A DNA stretch of 64,000 bases from Alphaproteobacteria bacterium (GTDB lineage Bacteria; Pseudomonadota; Alphaproteobacteria; UBA828): the NCBI GenBank assembly GCA_963422645.2, contig CAXXVO010000006.1, positions 224,001 through 288,000 of the forward strand, in the 5' to 3' direction. How positions within the stretch are numbered: position 1 is the stretch's first letter; each line of letters opens with the position of its first letter. Below, piece after piece: positions 31,280 to 43,175 of this stretch. The translations under genes were made by a program, and so were the position numbers. The notes below the pieces were generated by a model that saw only the letters and a program-made list of their open reading frames with translations, had not been told where the DNA came from and did no database searches.

Positions 31280-32161
31280 ATGAACGAAGCGATCGACATT
31301 CCCATCCTGCCCGGCCTGGCGCCCCTGACGGCCGATTACGACGGCTACATCCTCGATGTCTGGGGTGTGATGCACCAGGGCGGGCCGGTCTACCCGGAGG
31401 CGCTCGCCTGCGTGCGCCGGCTGCGCGCAGCCGGCAAGCGGGTGGTGTTCCTCTCCAACGCGCCGCGGCTCGCCCCGCAGGTCGAAGCCGTGCTCAAGGG
31501 CAAGGGGGTCGATGCCGGGCTCTACGACGCCGTGGTCGCCTCCGGCGATGCCGCTCGGCACGCGCTTGCGGATCGCGCGCGTCCCCCGGTCGAAGGGCTT
31601 GGCACTCGCTACCGTCTGCTCGGGCCGCCCGGGTCCGACGACGTGCTCGACGGTCTCGACTACACCGCCGCAACCGACATCGCGACGGCGGAATTCTTGC
31701 TCGGCATCGGTCTCGACGACGCCAGCAACACGGTCGAGGCTCACGAGCCGATTCTGCAAGCCGCAGTCACCCGCCGCCTGCCCATGATTTGCGTCAATCC
31801 CGACCTTCTCGTGATCCGACTCGGCGTTCAGGAAGCCTGCGCCGGCGCCCTTGCCGCGCGCTATGAGGCGCTCGGCGGCCGCGTGCGCTACTTCGGCAAG
31901 CCCTACCCGGACGTTTACGACCTGGCGCTGGCCAAGCTGGGCCTCCCGTCCGCCCGCGTGCTCGCGGTCGGCGACGGACTCGCCACCGATATCGCAGGCG
32001 CCAACGCCGCCGGACTCGATTCGGTGCTGATCACCGGCGGCCTGCTCGCCGATAAGCTCGACCTCGCGCCGGGAGAGGCGCCGAGCGCCCGCGACCTGGA
32101 GGAGGCCTGCCGGGCTGCGGGTGCCAGGCCGCGCGCCGCGCTTAGCGCATTCATTTGGTAA
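31280..32161 (+). CDS. HAD-IIA hydrolase (TIGR01459-like)
   Basis: LDVWGVMH, LSNAPR, NPD, GKPYP, VGDGLATDIAGA. Confidence 0.88.
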   Translation: MNEAIDIPILPGLAPLTADYDGYILDVWGVMHQGGPVYPEALACVRRLRAAGKRVVFLSNAPRLAPQVEAVLKGKGVDAGLYDAVVASGDAARHALADRARPPVEGLGTRYRLLGPPGSDDVLDGLDYTAATDIATAEFLLGIGLDDASNTVEAHEPILQAAVTRRLPMICVNPDLLVIRLGVQEACAGALAARYEALGGRVRYFGKPYPDVYDLALAKLGLPSARVLAVGDGLATDIAGANAAGLDSVLITGGLLADKLDLAPGEAPSARDLEEACRAAGARPRAALSAFIW

Positions 32162-32220
32162 TAGCACCCTCAAGTTAATGTTATTGGCGCGCGTCCGGCA
32201 CGCGCCCAATAGTCAATTTC

Positions 32221-33459
32221 ATGAGCACCGCCATGCCCACGACCGCCGCGATGCCTCCTGTACGACCGCAGGTCGCGGTGGTGGCCGTGGCCGGGCTGCT
32301 GATCGCCGCCGGCGTCGTCGCACTCGCCGTCACGGTGGACGGCAAGCTGGCCGCGCTGCTGGTCGTGGGCGGGCTTGCGGGCCTCGCTCTCCACCACGCG
32401 CTCTTCGGCTTCTCCGCCTCGACCCGGCGCTTTCTCATGGAGCGCCGCGGCGTGGGCGTGCGCGCGCAGCTCCTGATGATCGGCCTCGCAAGCATCGCCT
32501 TCGTGCCGCTGCTCGCCGGGGGCAGCGCGTTCGGTCAGGGGCTCGGCGGCGCGCTTGCACCTGTCGGGGTCTCGGTCGCGCTCGGCGCTTTCCTCTTCGG
32601 CATCGGCATGCAGCTCGGCGGCGGCTGCGCCTCCGGCACCCTCAGCGGTGCCGGCGCCGGCAGCCTCCGCATGGCGATCACGCTTGGTGCCTTCATCGCA
32701 GGCTCGGTGATCGGCACGGCGCACCTGCCCTGGTGGCTCGACCAGCCGCGCCTCCCCGCGCTCTCGATCCCCGACACGCTCGGCTGGCCGGCCGGCCTCG
32801 CGGTTCAGCTTGCCGCCATCGCCCTCCTCGCGTTGGGCGCGCTCTATCTGGAGCGCCGGCGCCACGGCGCCCACGAGCCCCTCGTCTGGGGCGCCGGCGG
32901 CGACTGGCGCGAGCGGTTGCTGCACGGTGGCTGGCCGCTGGCCTGGGGCGCGCTCGCCCTGGCTCTCCTCAACCTCGCGACGCTGTTGATCGCAGGCCAT
33001 CCGTGGAGCGTGACCTGGGGCTTTGCGCTCTGGGGCGCCTCGCTGGCCGATGCCTTGGGCTTTGGCATCGCCGAGTGGACATTCTGGCAATGGCCGGGTC
33101 CGGCTCGGAAGCTCGAAGCCGGGGTCGCGCATGACACCGTCTCCGTGATGAACGTGGGCCTGATCCTGGGGGCGCTGTTGGGCGCCGCGCTCGCCGGCCG
33201 CTTCGCCGCCCGGGGCCGGCTCACTATCGGCGCGGTGGCGAGCGCGGTGATCGGCGGCCTGCTGCTCGGCTACGGCGCGCGGCTGGCCTTCGGTTGCAAC
33301 ATCGGCGCTCTCTTCAGCGGCATCGCCTCTGGCAGCGTGCACGGCTGGCTCTGGCTGCTGGCCGCCCTTCCCGGCGCGGCGCTCGGCGCGCGTCTGCGCC
33401 CCCTGTTCGGTCTCGATCGTGCTGCGGCACCGGCTGCAGAAGGAGTACGCGCATCATGA
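32221..33459 (+). CDS. YeeE/YedE sulfur transporter family protein
   Basis: GMQLGGGCASGTL and GYGARLAFGCNIG motifs. Confidence 0.88.
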   Translation: MSTAMPTTAAMPPVRPQVAVVAVAGLLIAAGVVALAVTVDGKLAALLVVGGLAGLALHHALFGFSASTRRFLMERRGVGVRAQLLMIGLASIAFVPLLAGGSAFGQGLGGALAPVGVSVALGAFLFGIGMQLGGGCASGTLSGAGAGSLRMAITLGAFIAGSVIGTAHLPWWLDQPRLPALSIPDTLGWPAGLAVQLAAIALLALGALYLERRRHGAHEPLVWGAGGDWRERLLHGGWPLAWGALALALLNLATLLIAGHPWSVTWGFALWGASLADALGFGIAEWTFWQWPGPARKLEAGVAHDTVSVMNVGLILGALLGAALAGRFAARGRLTIGAVASAVIGGLLLGYGARLAFGCNIGALFSGIASGSVHGWLWLLAALPGAALGARLRPLFGLDRAAAPAAEGVRAS

Positions 33460-34164
33460 CCACCTCTGTGAGCACCTCCCCCGGCACCTCGCCCCTCCAG
33501 CGCTTGCGAAAGGTGCTGCCGCGCTTCCTGCTGCTGGGCGCGGTCATCGCCGGCATCGTCTTCGCCGTGCTGAATCGGGAGAGCATCGATTCGGCGGCAC
33601 TCGAGACCTGGATCACCCAGTTCGGCCCCTGGGCGCCCGTGGTCTTCTTCTGTGCCTACGTGCTTGCCACCCTGCTCTTCCTGCCGGGCCTGCTGTTCAC
33701 GCTTGCCTCCGGCGCACTCTTCGGCCCCTATCTCGGCACCCTCATCGCCCTCGTCGGCGCGACGGTGGGTGCGACGGCCGCCTTCCTCGTCGCCCGCTAT
33801 GTGCTGGCAGACTGGATCCAGAGCCGCACGCCGGCGCGGGTGAAGCGCGTGATCGAAGGGGTCGAAGGCGAAGGCTGGCGCTTCGTCGCCATGACCCGGC
33901 TGATCCCCTTCATCCCCTTCAACGCGCTGAACTATGCGCTGGGGCTCACGCGCATCCCTCTCGTGTCCTACGCCCTCGCTTCCTTCGTCTTCATGGCGCC
34001 GGGTGCTGCGGCATACGCCTATCTCGGCCATGCCGGGCGCTCGCTCGCGACCGGTGACGGTGACCTGGTTCAGAACGCCCTGCTCGGCCTTGCCGTGCTC
34101 GGCCTGATCGGCTTCATGCCCCGCCTCATCAAGCGCTTCGTCAAGGGCCGGAAGGCGACTCGGG
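33456..34164 (+). CDS. TVP38/TMEM64 (VTT, DedA-like) membrane protein, 3' end cut by IS66; the frame reads on to 34298
   Basis: FLPG, GALFG, RLIPFIPFNALNY; IS66 IR begins at 34165 before any stop codon. Confidence 0.8.
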
Positions 34165-34568
34165 GTAACTGCCCAGGTTCTTGCTGTGAAAATTCTCTGG
34201 GATTCGGCACAACGCTACCCACGCGACGCCCGTGTGCTCCTCTGTGGTCGCCGGGTTTCACAGCTCACGATGCCCCTCTTGCGGACTGCGACCGGTAAGC
34301 TACCCCGATGTGGCCCGAAGTCCGCCCGCGCGACGGGCACCGATTTTCATTCTATGGGGTGGTCCAGCACGGCGTCGACCATGATCGTTTATGAGAATGG
34401 CTCCGCTGTTGGAGAACCCGTGCCAGGTGAGCTTACGCGCACTTGACGGTGGCGATGAGCCGATCCGATGGGCTGGTCAGGGCTTCGATGATATTCCAGC
34501 CCTGCTTTCTGGCGGTGGTGATGACGCTGCGCAGGATGGCGAAGTTCTCGGCCCCCTGCGCGGACCGC
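34165..34568 (-). mobile_element. IS66 right-end remnant with the last ~45 codons of TnpC (34433..34568)
   Basis: IR GTAACTGCCCAGG; RSAQGAENFAILRSVITTARKQGWNIIEAL parallels the TnpC tail at 51441-51580. Confidence 0.82.
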
Positions 34569-34956
34569 TGAGCATGCTGGCGGCGGTTGCGAAGCGCACG
34601 GTGTGGCCGGCCAGCACGGCGCGGTGGGCGATATTGGCTGCGATGGTCGACTTTCCGACGCCGTTGGGGCCGACCAGGACGACGTTGGCGGCCTCGTCGA
34701 GGAAGTCGAGGGTCATGAGGTCCTCGACGGCCATGCGGTCGCAGCGCCTTGGCCAGTCCCAGTCGAAGTCGGCGAGCGGCTTGAAGCGGCCGATCCGTGC
34801 GGCGCCGAGGCGGCGCTTGAGGCTGCGGCTGCGCCTTTCCTCCTCTTCCCAGGCGATCAGCTCGGGCAGCCAGCCGGTCTCGCCGATGTCGTCCCAGTGG
34901 GCGACGAGGCCGTGCAGGCCGAGCGCCCGGGCGCGGTCCATGAGGGGATCGGTCAT
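34569..34956 (-). pseudogene. istB: IstB N-terminal half
   Basis: MTDPLMDRARALGL, FKPLADFDW, GPNGVGKST; cut after FATAASML. Confidence 0.8.
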
Positions 34957-35890
34957 TCTTCGCTGTCCTCCTCGGGGTCCTTGGCCAGCCCGTCGTATCC
35001 GCCGAGGTCGTGGTCGCGCACCGCGATGTCGCGCGCCTTCGCCTCGCTGGGCAGGTCGACCGGGATGGGCGGGGGCCGGTTGCGCTGCTCGCGGCGCCGG
35101 GTGAGGCTCAGGCGCACGGCGTTGGGATGCGGGACGCCGCGCTCGAGGGCCTCGCCGATGGCCGCCTCGAGCTCGGCAGCGCCGTAGGCGTCGAGCAGGC
35201 GCAACAGGGCGGCAACGATGGTGCCGAGATTGTCGCCGCGCATGGCCGCGCCGGCGAGCAGGCGCTCGCTGGCAGGCGCGGCCCGGAACAGGCGGTCCTG
35301 GCCGCGCAGGCGCCGCGCATGGCGCTTGCTCCTGGCCAGTTCGGCGATGTGGCCGGGGATCTCGACGCATTCATCCCTGTCGAAGCTGCGCGGGTGTGCG
35401 GCGATCACCTTCACGCCGTCGAGGATGCGCACCTCGTCGAGCGTTGCGACCACCACCAGGGTGCGCCCGACATGGGTGTGCGGCACGCTGTAATCGTTGA
35501 GATCGAACCTGGCGTAGGGGGTCTTGCCGATGACGACCTCGACCCGGTCGTGGGCCGGGAAGGGATCGCCGGGCAGCGCGATCAGGGCGCCGCGCTCGCG
35601 CTCGAAGGCCTGGCGCACGGCGATCGAGCGGTCGTCCGGCCACGGGCGGTCGGCGGCGATGCCGTCGCACCACTCCCCGGCCTGGGCGTTCAGGTCGTCG
35701 ATGTCGCGCCAGGAGCGGGCGGCGAAGAAGCTGTCGCGGACATAGCGGATGGCGCGTTCCACGCGTCCCTTCTCGTTGCCGCGGGCGACCGCGACCGGCC
35801 TGGGCAGGAACAGGTAGTGGCCGGCGAAGGCGAGGAGCTGCGGGTTGAACCGGATGGCGTCGCCGTGGCGCTCCGCCACGACGCTCTTGA

Positions 35891-38049
35891 CCCAAGTTGG
35901 CACTTTTTCCGTTTGTTCGGGGCCGAATTGGCCAGGTTTTTCCGGCTGACACACCAGATATAGCGTTGACGAGAAGGGCACGCCCCTACATTTGCGATTG
36001 CCGTCTCGAACTCCCTTTGTAGTGCCAGGGAATGGTGGGTTTGCAGGATTTCCCTTGACCCCACCACCAAAGCCGACATATCTGAACCCGCCACGACCAA
36101 AACGTGCCGGGCGACATGTTCATCAGGGCAACCAAGACCCACACTACCGAAGGCAAGCCGGTCCGCAGCCATCGCCTCGTGCTCTCGCAGCGCATCGGCG
36201 ACAAGGTCAGGCAGCGCACGCTTCTCAACCTCGGCACCGACTATCCGGTGCCGAAGGAGAAATGGCGCGAAGTTGCCGGACTCGCCGAGGCGCTGCTCAA
36301 CGGCCGCCCGCCGCTGCTCGAAGCCGCGCCGGACGTGCAGGCCGCAGCCGAGGACATCGTCGCCAAGCTCAGGGCCAGGGGGTTCCGCCCCGAGGCGATA
36401 CAGGAAGAGGCGCGCAAGCCCGACATCGCCACCGTCGACCTCGATACCCTGGAGCACGAGAACCCGCGCACGGTCGGCTGCGAGCGCCTGTGCCTCAAGG
36501 CCCTCGACGACCTCGGCTTCGCCGACATCCTCCACGGCCTCGATATCAAGGGCCGCGACGGGCGCATCGCCAGCGCGCTGATCGTCGCCAGGATGGTCCA
36601 TCCCGCCAGCGAGCGTGACACCAGCCGCTGGCTGCGCCGCGACAGCGCGACCGCCGAGCTCCTGGGGCTGGAGGGCGACCGCAAGGCGCTGCGGCGCAAG
36701 ACGCTCTACCGCATCGGCGACCTGCTCTGGCGCCACCGGGCCGCCATTCAGCGGGAGCTGTTCAACCGCGAGCGCGCGCTGCTCGACCTGCCCGAAACGA
36801 TCGCCTTTTACGATCTCACCAATGTCCACTACCACGGCCACACCCACGGCCAGCTTCCCAGGTTCGGGCGCTCCAAGCAGAAGCGCGACGACTGTCCGCT
36901 GATCACGCTGGCGCTGGCGCTCGACGGCGCAGGCTTCCCGCGCAGTTGCGAGATCCTGCCGGGCAACGTGAGCGAGCCGGGCACGCTGGAGGACGCGCTG
37001 GTCAGGCTCGAGGCGGTGTGCGGCGGCACGGCGCCGAAGCCCACGGTGGTCATGGACGCGGGCATCGCCACCGAGGAGAACGTCGCGTGGCTGGGCGAGC
37101 AGGGCTACGACTGGATCGCGGTCAGCCGCGGCGCCAGGCCGCCGCTGCCCGAGGGCGGGCCCGAGGCTCTGCTGATCACCAGCGCGCGGCACGAGGTGCG
37201 CGCCTGGCGGCTTGCCAGCGAGGACGGCGAGGCGCGGCTCTACGTCGTCAGCGAGGGCAAGAAGAAGGCCGAGAACGCGATCATCGGCCTCAGGCGGAAC
37301 CGCTTCGAGGCGGCGCTGGAAAGGCTCCATAGCGGCCTGCCGGTCAAGGGCCGCCTCAAGCGCTACGACAGGGTGCTGGAGAGCATTGGCCGTCTCAAGC
37401 AGCGCTTCTCCACCGTCGCCAGACACTACGAGGTCACGGTCGAGAAGGCGAAAACCGGCCCCAACGCCGCCGCCGTGCGCTTCAAGCGCAGGCCGCAATA
37501 CGACGAGGCCGACGAGGGCGCCGGCGCCTATGTGCTGCGCACCAGCCACGTCGACTGGGATATCGAGACGATCCTGCGGACCTACTGGCGCATCACCGAC
37601 ATCGAGGCCACCTTCCGCAGCCTGAAATCCGAGCTCGGCCTTCGCCCGATCTGGCACCAGCTCGACCGTCGCATCGCGGCCCACCTGCTGATCGCCGTGC
37701 TGGCCTATCACGCCGTGCATCTGATCCGTACCCGACTGGCCGCGCGGGGCATCCACAAGTGCTGGGCATCGATCCGCGAGGGCATGCGGACCTGGGTGCG
37801 GATCACCACGCGACTGCGCCAGACCGACGGCACCTTGATCGTCAACCGCCAGGACACGCGCCCGGCCGCCGAGGTCGCCCAAATCTCCTCGGCGGCGGGT
37901 GTTGACCCCGCCATCCACCGCACGAGGACCCGCCTGACGAGCTGACAGAATCTCACAAAATGTAGTGCCATGTTGGAATCGGCAGAGAAAAATATTGCGC
38001 CATATCAAAGCGATAAACGACAGCAGAACACAAAAAGTGCCAACCTGGG
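35891..38049 (+). mobile_element. Complete IS1634-family element
   Basis: IR CCCA(A/G)GTTGGCACTTTTT; TSD TTGA at 35887-35890 and 38050-38053; internal TGTAGTGCCA near both ends. Confidence 0.9.
36116..37945 (+). CDS. IS1634-family transposase
   Basis: MFIR, RQRTLLNLG, FYDLTN, FGRSKQKRDD, VVMDAGI, IEATFRSLKSELGLRPIWHQ. Confidence 0.9.
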   Translation: MFIRATKTHTTEGKPVRSHRLVLSQRIGDKVRQRTLLNLGTDYPVPKEKWREVAGLAEALLNGRPPLLEAAPDVQAAAEDIVAKLRARGFRPEAIQEEARKPDIATVDLDTLEHENPRTVGCERLCLKALDDLGFADILHGLDIKGRDGRIASALIVARMVHPASERDTSRWLRRDSATAELLGLEGDRKALRRKTLYRIGDLLWRHRAAIQRELFNRERALLDLPETIAFYDLTNVHYHGHTHGQLPRFGRSKQKRDDCPLITLALALDGAGFPRSCEILPGNVSEPGTLEDALVRLEAVCGGTAPKPTVVMDAGIATEENVAWLGEQGYDWIAVSRGARPPLPEGGPEALLITSARHEVRAWRLASEDGEARLYVVSEGKKKAENAIIGLRRNRFEAALERLHSGLPVKGRLKRYDRVLESIGRLKQRFSTVARHYEVTVEKAKTGPNAAAVRFKRRPQYDEADEGAGAYVLRTSHVDWDIETILRTYWRITDIEATFRSLKSELGLRPIWHQLDRRIAAHLLIAVLAYHAVHLIRTRLAARGIHKCWASIREGMRTWVRITTRLRQTDGTLIVNRQDTRPAAEVAQISSAAGVDPAIHRTRTRLTS

Positions 38050-38502
38050 TTGAGATTGTCGTACCAGAGCTCGCGCGGCACGCCCTGCCATGCCTCGAAG
38101 GCGGCGACGTGGCCGCGCAGGAAGTTGCTCATCCCGGCGTCGAGGTAGAAGCGCAGGAAGACCCGCCGCGAGTAGCTCAGCACCATCACGAAGCCCATCA
38201 GGCGGCGCTCCGCGCGGCCGATCCTCACCGTGCCGAAGTGGGCCCAGTCGACCTGGGCCTGCTCGCCGGGAAGGGTCTTGAGGCGCAGATAGGCCTCGGC
38301 CACCGGCCTCGGCCGCTCGCGGGCGACGAGGCGGCGGAAGTGGCTCTGGCTGCCGCGATAGCCGCGCTCGCGCGCCATCTGGTTGTTGTTAAGCGTGGAA
38401 AAGTGACCCCCTATTGGGGGTGATCGGCGTCCAAAATTGACCCCCTTGGATTTGTGTCCATGAACACACCTCGTCGTTTGGACGGACGGGGTGGTGGGGG
38501 AG

Positions 38503-40017
38503 ATGCTGGTTGTGGAAACGATCGCGAAGATCCGTCGGGATCATCTGGTGAAGGGCGTTCCGATCAAGAAGCTCGCCCGGGATTTGAGGGTTTCCAAGAA
38601 CACGATACGCAAGGTGGTGCGGGGCGATGCGACCTCGCACAGCTACGAGCGCAAGATCCAGCCGATGCCGAAGCTTGGGCTGTGGGTGGAGGAGCTTGAG
38701 CGCCAGCTGAAGGCCAACGAGAAGAAGGCACGCAAGGATCGGCTGTCTCTTCTGCGGATTCATGAAGACCTTGTGTCGCTGGGCTACAAGGGCGGCTATG
38801 ACGCGGTTCGCCGCTATGCCAGGGCCTGGCGGCGCCGGTGGCGGCTGTTGTCGCCGGCGCAGGCCTATGTGCCGCTGATCTTCGATCCCGGCGAGGCCTA
38901 CCAGTTCGACTGGAGCCACGAGTACGCGCGTCTGTCGGGCGCGACGACCAGGGTGAAGGCGGCGCACATGCGGCTGTGCCACAGCCGGATGTATCTGGTC
39001 CAGATCTTTCCCCGCGAGAGCCAGGAGATGGTCTTCGAGGCGCACGAGCGTGCCTTCCGCTTCTTCGGCGGGGTCTGCCGGCGGGGCATCTACGACAACA
39101 TGAAGACGGCGGTGAGCACGATCTTCGTGGGCAAGAAGCGGGACTACAACCGCCGCTTCCAGGAGCTGTGCTCGCACCATCTGGTGGAGCCTGTGGCGTG
39201 CACGCCAGGGGCTGGCTGGGAGAAGGGGCAGGTCGAGAAGCAGGTGGGTGACCTTCGCGGCCGCCTGTTCGTGCCCATCCCGCGGGGCCGCTCCTACGCC
39301 GAGATCAACGAGTGGCTGATGGATCGGTGCATCGAGGACGCCAAGAAGCATCCGCATCCGACAATCCCGGGCAAGACGGTGTGGCAGGTGTTCGAGGAGG
39401 AGCAGCCCTTCCTGATGGCGTATCGCGGCCCCTTCGACGGCTTCCATGCCAGCGAGGTGTCGGTCTCGAAGACCTGTCTGGTGCGCTTCGACAACAACCA
39501 GTACAGCGTCGCGGCCCGCGCCGTCGGCCGGCCGGTGGACGTGCGGGCCTATGCCGATCGGATCGTCATCCGCCAGGACGGCGAGACCGTTGCCGAGCAC
39601 CCCCGCAGCTTCGGGCGCGGCCGGTTCGTCTACGATCCGTGGCATTACGTGCCGATCCTGACGCGGAAGCCCGGCGCGCTACGCAATGGCGCGCCCTTCA
39701 AGGACTGGCAGTTGCCCAACGCGCTCGGCCGCCTGCGAACCCGGCTCGCGGGCCACGACGACGGCGACCGGCAGTTCGTCAAGGTGCTCGCGGCGGTGCT
39801 GGAGGACGGACTGGAGGCGGTTGAGGCGGCCTGTGCCGAGACGCTCGACTGCGGTGCCTGCAGCGCCGACGTGGTGCTCAACATCCTCGCCCGGCAGCGC
39901 CAGCCGGCACCGCCGGCAATCATCCCGACGCCCGAGGGCCTGCAGCTTCGCCACAAGCCGGTAGCCGACTGTCAGCGCTACGACAGCCTGAGGGAGGCCG
40001 GTCATGGAGCGTCATGA
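38503..40017 (+). CDS. istA: IS21 transposase IstA (intact)
   Basis: [22 protein letters not shown]. Confidence 0.92.
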   Translation: MLVVETIAKIRRDHLVKGVPIKKLARDLRVSKNTIRKVVRGDATSHSYERKIQPMPKLGLWVEELERQLKANEKKARKDRLSLLRIHEDLVSLGYKGGYDAVRRYARAWRRRWRLLSPAQAYVPLIFDPGEAYQFDWSHEYARLSGATTRVKAAHMRLCHSRMYLVQIFPRESQEMVFEAHERAFRFFGGVCRRGIYDNMKTAVSTIFVGKKRDYNRRFQELCSHHLVEPVACTPGAGWEKGQVEKQVGDLRGRLFVPIPRGRSYAEINEWLMDRCIEDAKKHPHPTIPGKTVWQVFEEEQPFLMAYRGPFDGFHASEVSVSKTCLVRFDNNQYSVAARAVGRPVDVRAYADRIVIRQDGETVAEHPRSFGRGRFVYDPWHYVPILTRKPGALRNGAPFKDWQLPNALGRLRTRLAGHDDGDRQFVKVLAAVLEDGLEAVEAACAETLDCGACSADVVLNILARQRQPAPPAIIPTPEGLQLRHKPVADCQRYDSLREAGHGAS

Positions 40018-40732
40018 TGTGCTGGAGATGATGACCCAGCTGAAGCTCGCAGGTATGCGCGCCGCTTACGACGACATCCTTGCCGACGGGCTCAAGCGCC
40101 GCCATCCGGTGCAACAGATCATCGGTACGCTGCTGCAGGTCGAGATCGCCGACAAGAGGGCCCGCTCGATCAAGTACCAGATGGCCTCCGCCAAGCTGCC
40201 GACGGTCAAGGAGCTGGCCGACTTCGACTTCGCCGCCTCGCCGGTCAACGAGCCCCTGATCCAGGAGCTCGCCGGCGGCGGCTTCCTCGAGGGCAAACGC
40301 AACATCGTGCTGGTCGGCGGCACCGGTACCGGCAAGACCCATCTCGCCGTCGCCATCGCGCGGTCCTGCATCCGCAAGGGCGCGCGCGGCCGGTGCTACA
40401 ACGTCGTCGACCTGGTCAACCTCCTCGAGGCCGAGCTTCGCGCCGGACGCCAGGGCCGCACTGCAGACCAGCTCGTCCGCCGCGACTTCGTCATCCTCGA
40501 CGAGCTCGGCTACCTGCCCTTCGCCCAGGCCGGTGGGCAGCTGCTCTTCCATCTGATGAGCCGGCTCTACGAGCGCACCTCGATCGTCATCACCACAAAC
40601 CTCGCCTTCGGCGAATGGCCATCCGTCTTCGGCGACCCCAAGATGACCACAGCGCTGCTCGATCGCCTCACCCATCATTGCGAGATCATCGAGACCGGCA
40701 ACGAGAGCTGGCGCTTCAAGAACCGCTCCTGA
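40004..40732 (+). CDS. istB: IS21 helper ATPase IstB (intact)
   Basis: [24 protein letters not shown]. Confidence 0.93.
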   Translation: MERHDVLEMMTQLKLAGMRAAYDDILADGLKRRHPVQQIIGTLLQVEIADKRARSIKYQMASAKLPTVKELADFDFAASPVNEPLIQELAGGGFLEGKRNIVLVGGTGTGKTHLAVAIARSCIRKGARGRCYNVVDLVNLLEAELRAGRQGRTADQLVRRDFVILDELGYLPFAQAGGQLLFHLMSRLYERTSIVITTNLAFGEWPSVFGDPKMTTALLDRLTHHCEIIETGNESWRFKNRS

Positions 40733-40934
40733 CCCGCCGCCGGCCTCCCTTGCGGCCCGGTTGCCCCGGTGGGCCAACAGGGACCCCCCACGCGGCTTCG
40801 CTCCGCGTAGCGCAGGGCGCCACACGAAGCCGCGCGGGTCCCCCCTATTGGCTACCGGGACAACCTCCGCCGTGCCACTCAGGGGGGTCAATTTTGCACG
40901 CCGATCGGGGGTCAGTATTGAAAGCCGATTGACA

Positions 40935-42316
40935 CACCGCGCGCCGGGTCCACTACCTGCTCGAGCCCGGCTGGCGCGCCGACCAGGCGATCCAGGGCCT
41001 CGGCCGCACCCATCGCACCCACCAGGCCTCGGCGCCGCTGTTCCGCCCCGTCGCCACCGACGTCAAGGGCGAGCGGCGCTTCATCGCCACCATCGCCCGG
41101 CGGCTCGACAGCCTCGGCGCCATCACCCGCGGACAACGCGACAGCCAGACCGCCATGGGCGGCGACCAGGCGCTCTTTCGCGAGAGCGACAACCTGGAGA
41201 GCCTGTATGCGAAGGCGGCGCTGCGCCAGTTCTACGGCGCGCTCTGGCTCGGGCGCATCGAGGGCTGGACCGTCGAGCGGTTCCAGGACGCCACCGGCCT
41301 CAAGCTCATCCACGAGGGCGGTCTCAAGGAGGAGCTGCCGCCCATGCCGCGCTTCCTCAACCGCCTGCCTGCTCGCATTGCCCATCGCCGAGCAGAACAC
41401 GCTCTTCGCCGCGCTGGAGGAGCGCATCGCCGCCAACATCGAGCAGGCCGTCGAGGCCGGCAGCTACGAGGTCGGCGTCGAGACCGTACGCGCGGACTCG
41501 CTTGTCCTCGCCGGCCGGGAGACCCTCCACGACCGTCCCGGCACCGGCGCCGCGACCGAGCTGGTCGAGATCCTGCGCCGCGACCGCCTCGTGCCGACCA
41601 CGGTCGAGGCCGCGCTCGACATCGGCGCGTGCGATCCCGCACCGGACGGCAGACCCGCGCTGGTGGTCAACGCGCGTTCGAAGCGCGCCGCCGTCCTGCT
41701 GCGCAGCACCTCGCGCATGTTCGACGACGGCGGCGTGCAGGAGCGGGTCCGGCTCGTCCGCCCCGCAGTGCGCGAGTCGATGGCCCGCGCCGAGCTCGAC
41801 GCCTCCAACTGGCGCCCCGCCGACGAGGTTACCTGGCGCGCTCTCTGGGAGCGGGAGATCGCCTCCCTGCCGACCCACAGCGAGTCGCGCTTCTGGCTCG
41901 CCGCCGGGCTCCTGCTGCCCGTCTGGGACAGGCTGCCAGCCGAGAACATGCGCGTGCGCCGGCTCACCTCGGACGACGGCATAGCCCTCATCGGCCGCGT
42001 GCTAGACGCCGAGCAGGTCCGCGCCGTGCGCGCGAGCTTCGGCCTCGGCGGCGGCCCCGCCCTGACCGGCGGGGAGGCCTTCGAGGCGGTCCTGGAGCGC
42101 GGCGCCGCGCTCCCCCTCGCCAACGGCTGGCGGCTCGCCCGGCGGCGCATCATGGGCGCCGACCGTGTCGAGATCGAGGGACCCGCGGACACCGACATCG
42201 CCGCACTCCGGCGCATCGGCTGCACGGTCGAGATCGTCTCGTACCGCGCCCGCGCGTTCGCGCCCGGGCCGGACGCGCTCTCGCGTATCCTCGACCGCTG
42301 GCCGCCCGCCGTGTGA
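40935..42316 (+). pseudogene. C-terminal part of a strawberry-notch-like methylase/helicase of ICEs/plasmids; 5'-truncated, frameshift near 41368
   Basis: RRVHYLLEPGWRADQAIQGLGRTHR, GERRFIATIARRLDSLGAITRGQR; CCTG duplication shifts the frame at FLNRL. Confidence 0.8.
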
Positions 42317-42432
42317 CCCTGGCCGTACCGCCGGGAACGGTCCGTCCGCCGCCCCGATTTACTTCGCCGCCGCGCCGGGGGTACGTACCGCCGGCCCGCC
42401 GCCCGCTGTCGCACCCCGGGAGGAACGCCGCC

Positions 42433-42702
42433 ATGACCGCCCAGACCCTGCCCGACAATCCGAACTTCTGCTTCTGCCCCGCCTACGACGTCGAGGTCGA
42501 CGTGCAGCAGATCCGCATCGTCATCGAGGGGCTCGCCGGCCACGTGCCGACAGCGCTCATCGCGCTCGACCTCGACGATGCGCTCACCATCTGCGACAAG
42601 CTCAACCGCCGCCTCGGAATGGACCGCGATGCGTGGACGACCATGGCCGCCGCCTCCATGCGCACCGAGGACCGGGAGCCCGGCAACCCCATCGAGCACT
42701 GA
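42433..42702 (+). CDS. Hypothetical 89-aa protein
   Basis: RBS GGAGG, coding-like codon usage; no recognisable family. Confidence 0.6.
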   Translation: MTAQTLPDNPNFCFCPAYDVEVDVQQIRIVIEGLAGHVPTALIALDLDDALTICDKLNRRLGMDRDAWTTMAAASMRTEDREPGNPIEH

Positions 42703-42814
42703 CGGGGCGCGGCGGCGCCGCTGCGCAGCCGCGCCCGACGTCCGCCGAAGGCATCTCGACAGGGGTGCCTTGCCCCGATATGGTGAAACCCCTATAGTCC
42801 GGACCCAGTGGCGC

Positions 42815-43171
42815 ATGTCGAGACCAGTCGAATGGGTTGGTTCGAGCAAGATGGATCTGAAGCGGTTTCCGGAGCCCGTGCAGGACCGCATGGGCTTTGC
42901 GATCTACCAGGCCCAGACCGGCCTGCAACACCACGACGCCAAGCCGCTCAAGGGCTTCGGTTCCGGCGTTCTGGAGGTCCTGGCGCGCCACGACGGCGAC
43001 ACCTTCAGGGCCGTCTACACGGTCCGGTTCCAGGCGGCGGTCTATGTCCTGCACGCCTTCCAGAAGAAGGCGAGGCGGGGCATCGCCACGCCGAAGAAGG
43101 ATCTCGATCTGGTCCGGCAGCGGCTGAGAGTCGCCGAGCGTCATTACCGGGACACGCATGGCGGAGGGTAG
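42815..43171 (+). CDS. RelE/ParE (HigB/Gp49-like) toxin
   Basis: WVGSSKMDL, AKPLKGFG, FRAVYTV, YVLHAFQKK. Confidence 0.88.
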   Translation: MSRPVEWVGSSKMDLKRFPEPVQDRMGFAIYQAQTGLQHHDAKPLKGFGSGVLEVLARHDGDTFRAVYTVRFQAAVYVLHAFQKKARRGIATPKKDLDLVRQRLRVAERHYRDTHGGG

Positions 43172-43175
43172 AACC

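Larger units (their letters stand above)
34953..38386 (-). pseudogene. istA: IS21 IstA split by IS1634 (35891-38049) and 5'-truncated by IS21 at 38387
   Basis: Removing the IS1634 and one TTGA restores LWYDNLKSVV; AQVDWAHFG and NEKGRVER are present. Confidence 0.85.
38387..40934 (+). mobile_element. Complete IS21-family element, no TSD
   Basis: TG...CA ends with repeated TGACCCCC motifs at both ends; flanks are unrelated, suggesting an adjacent deletion. Confidence 0.88.
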
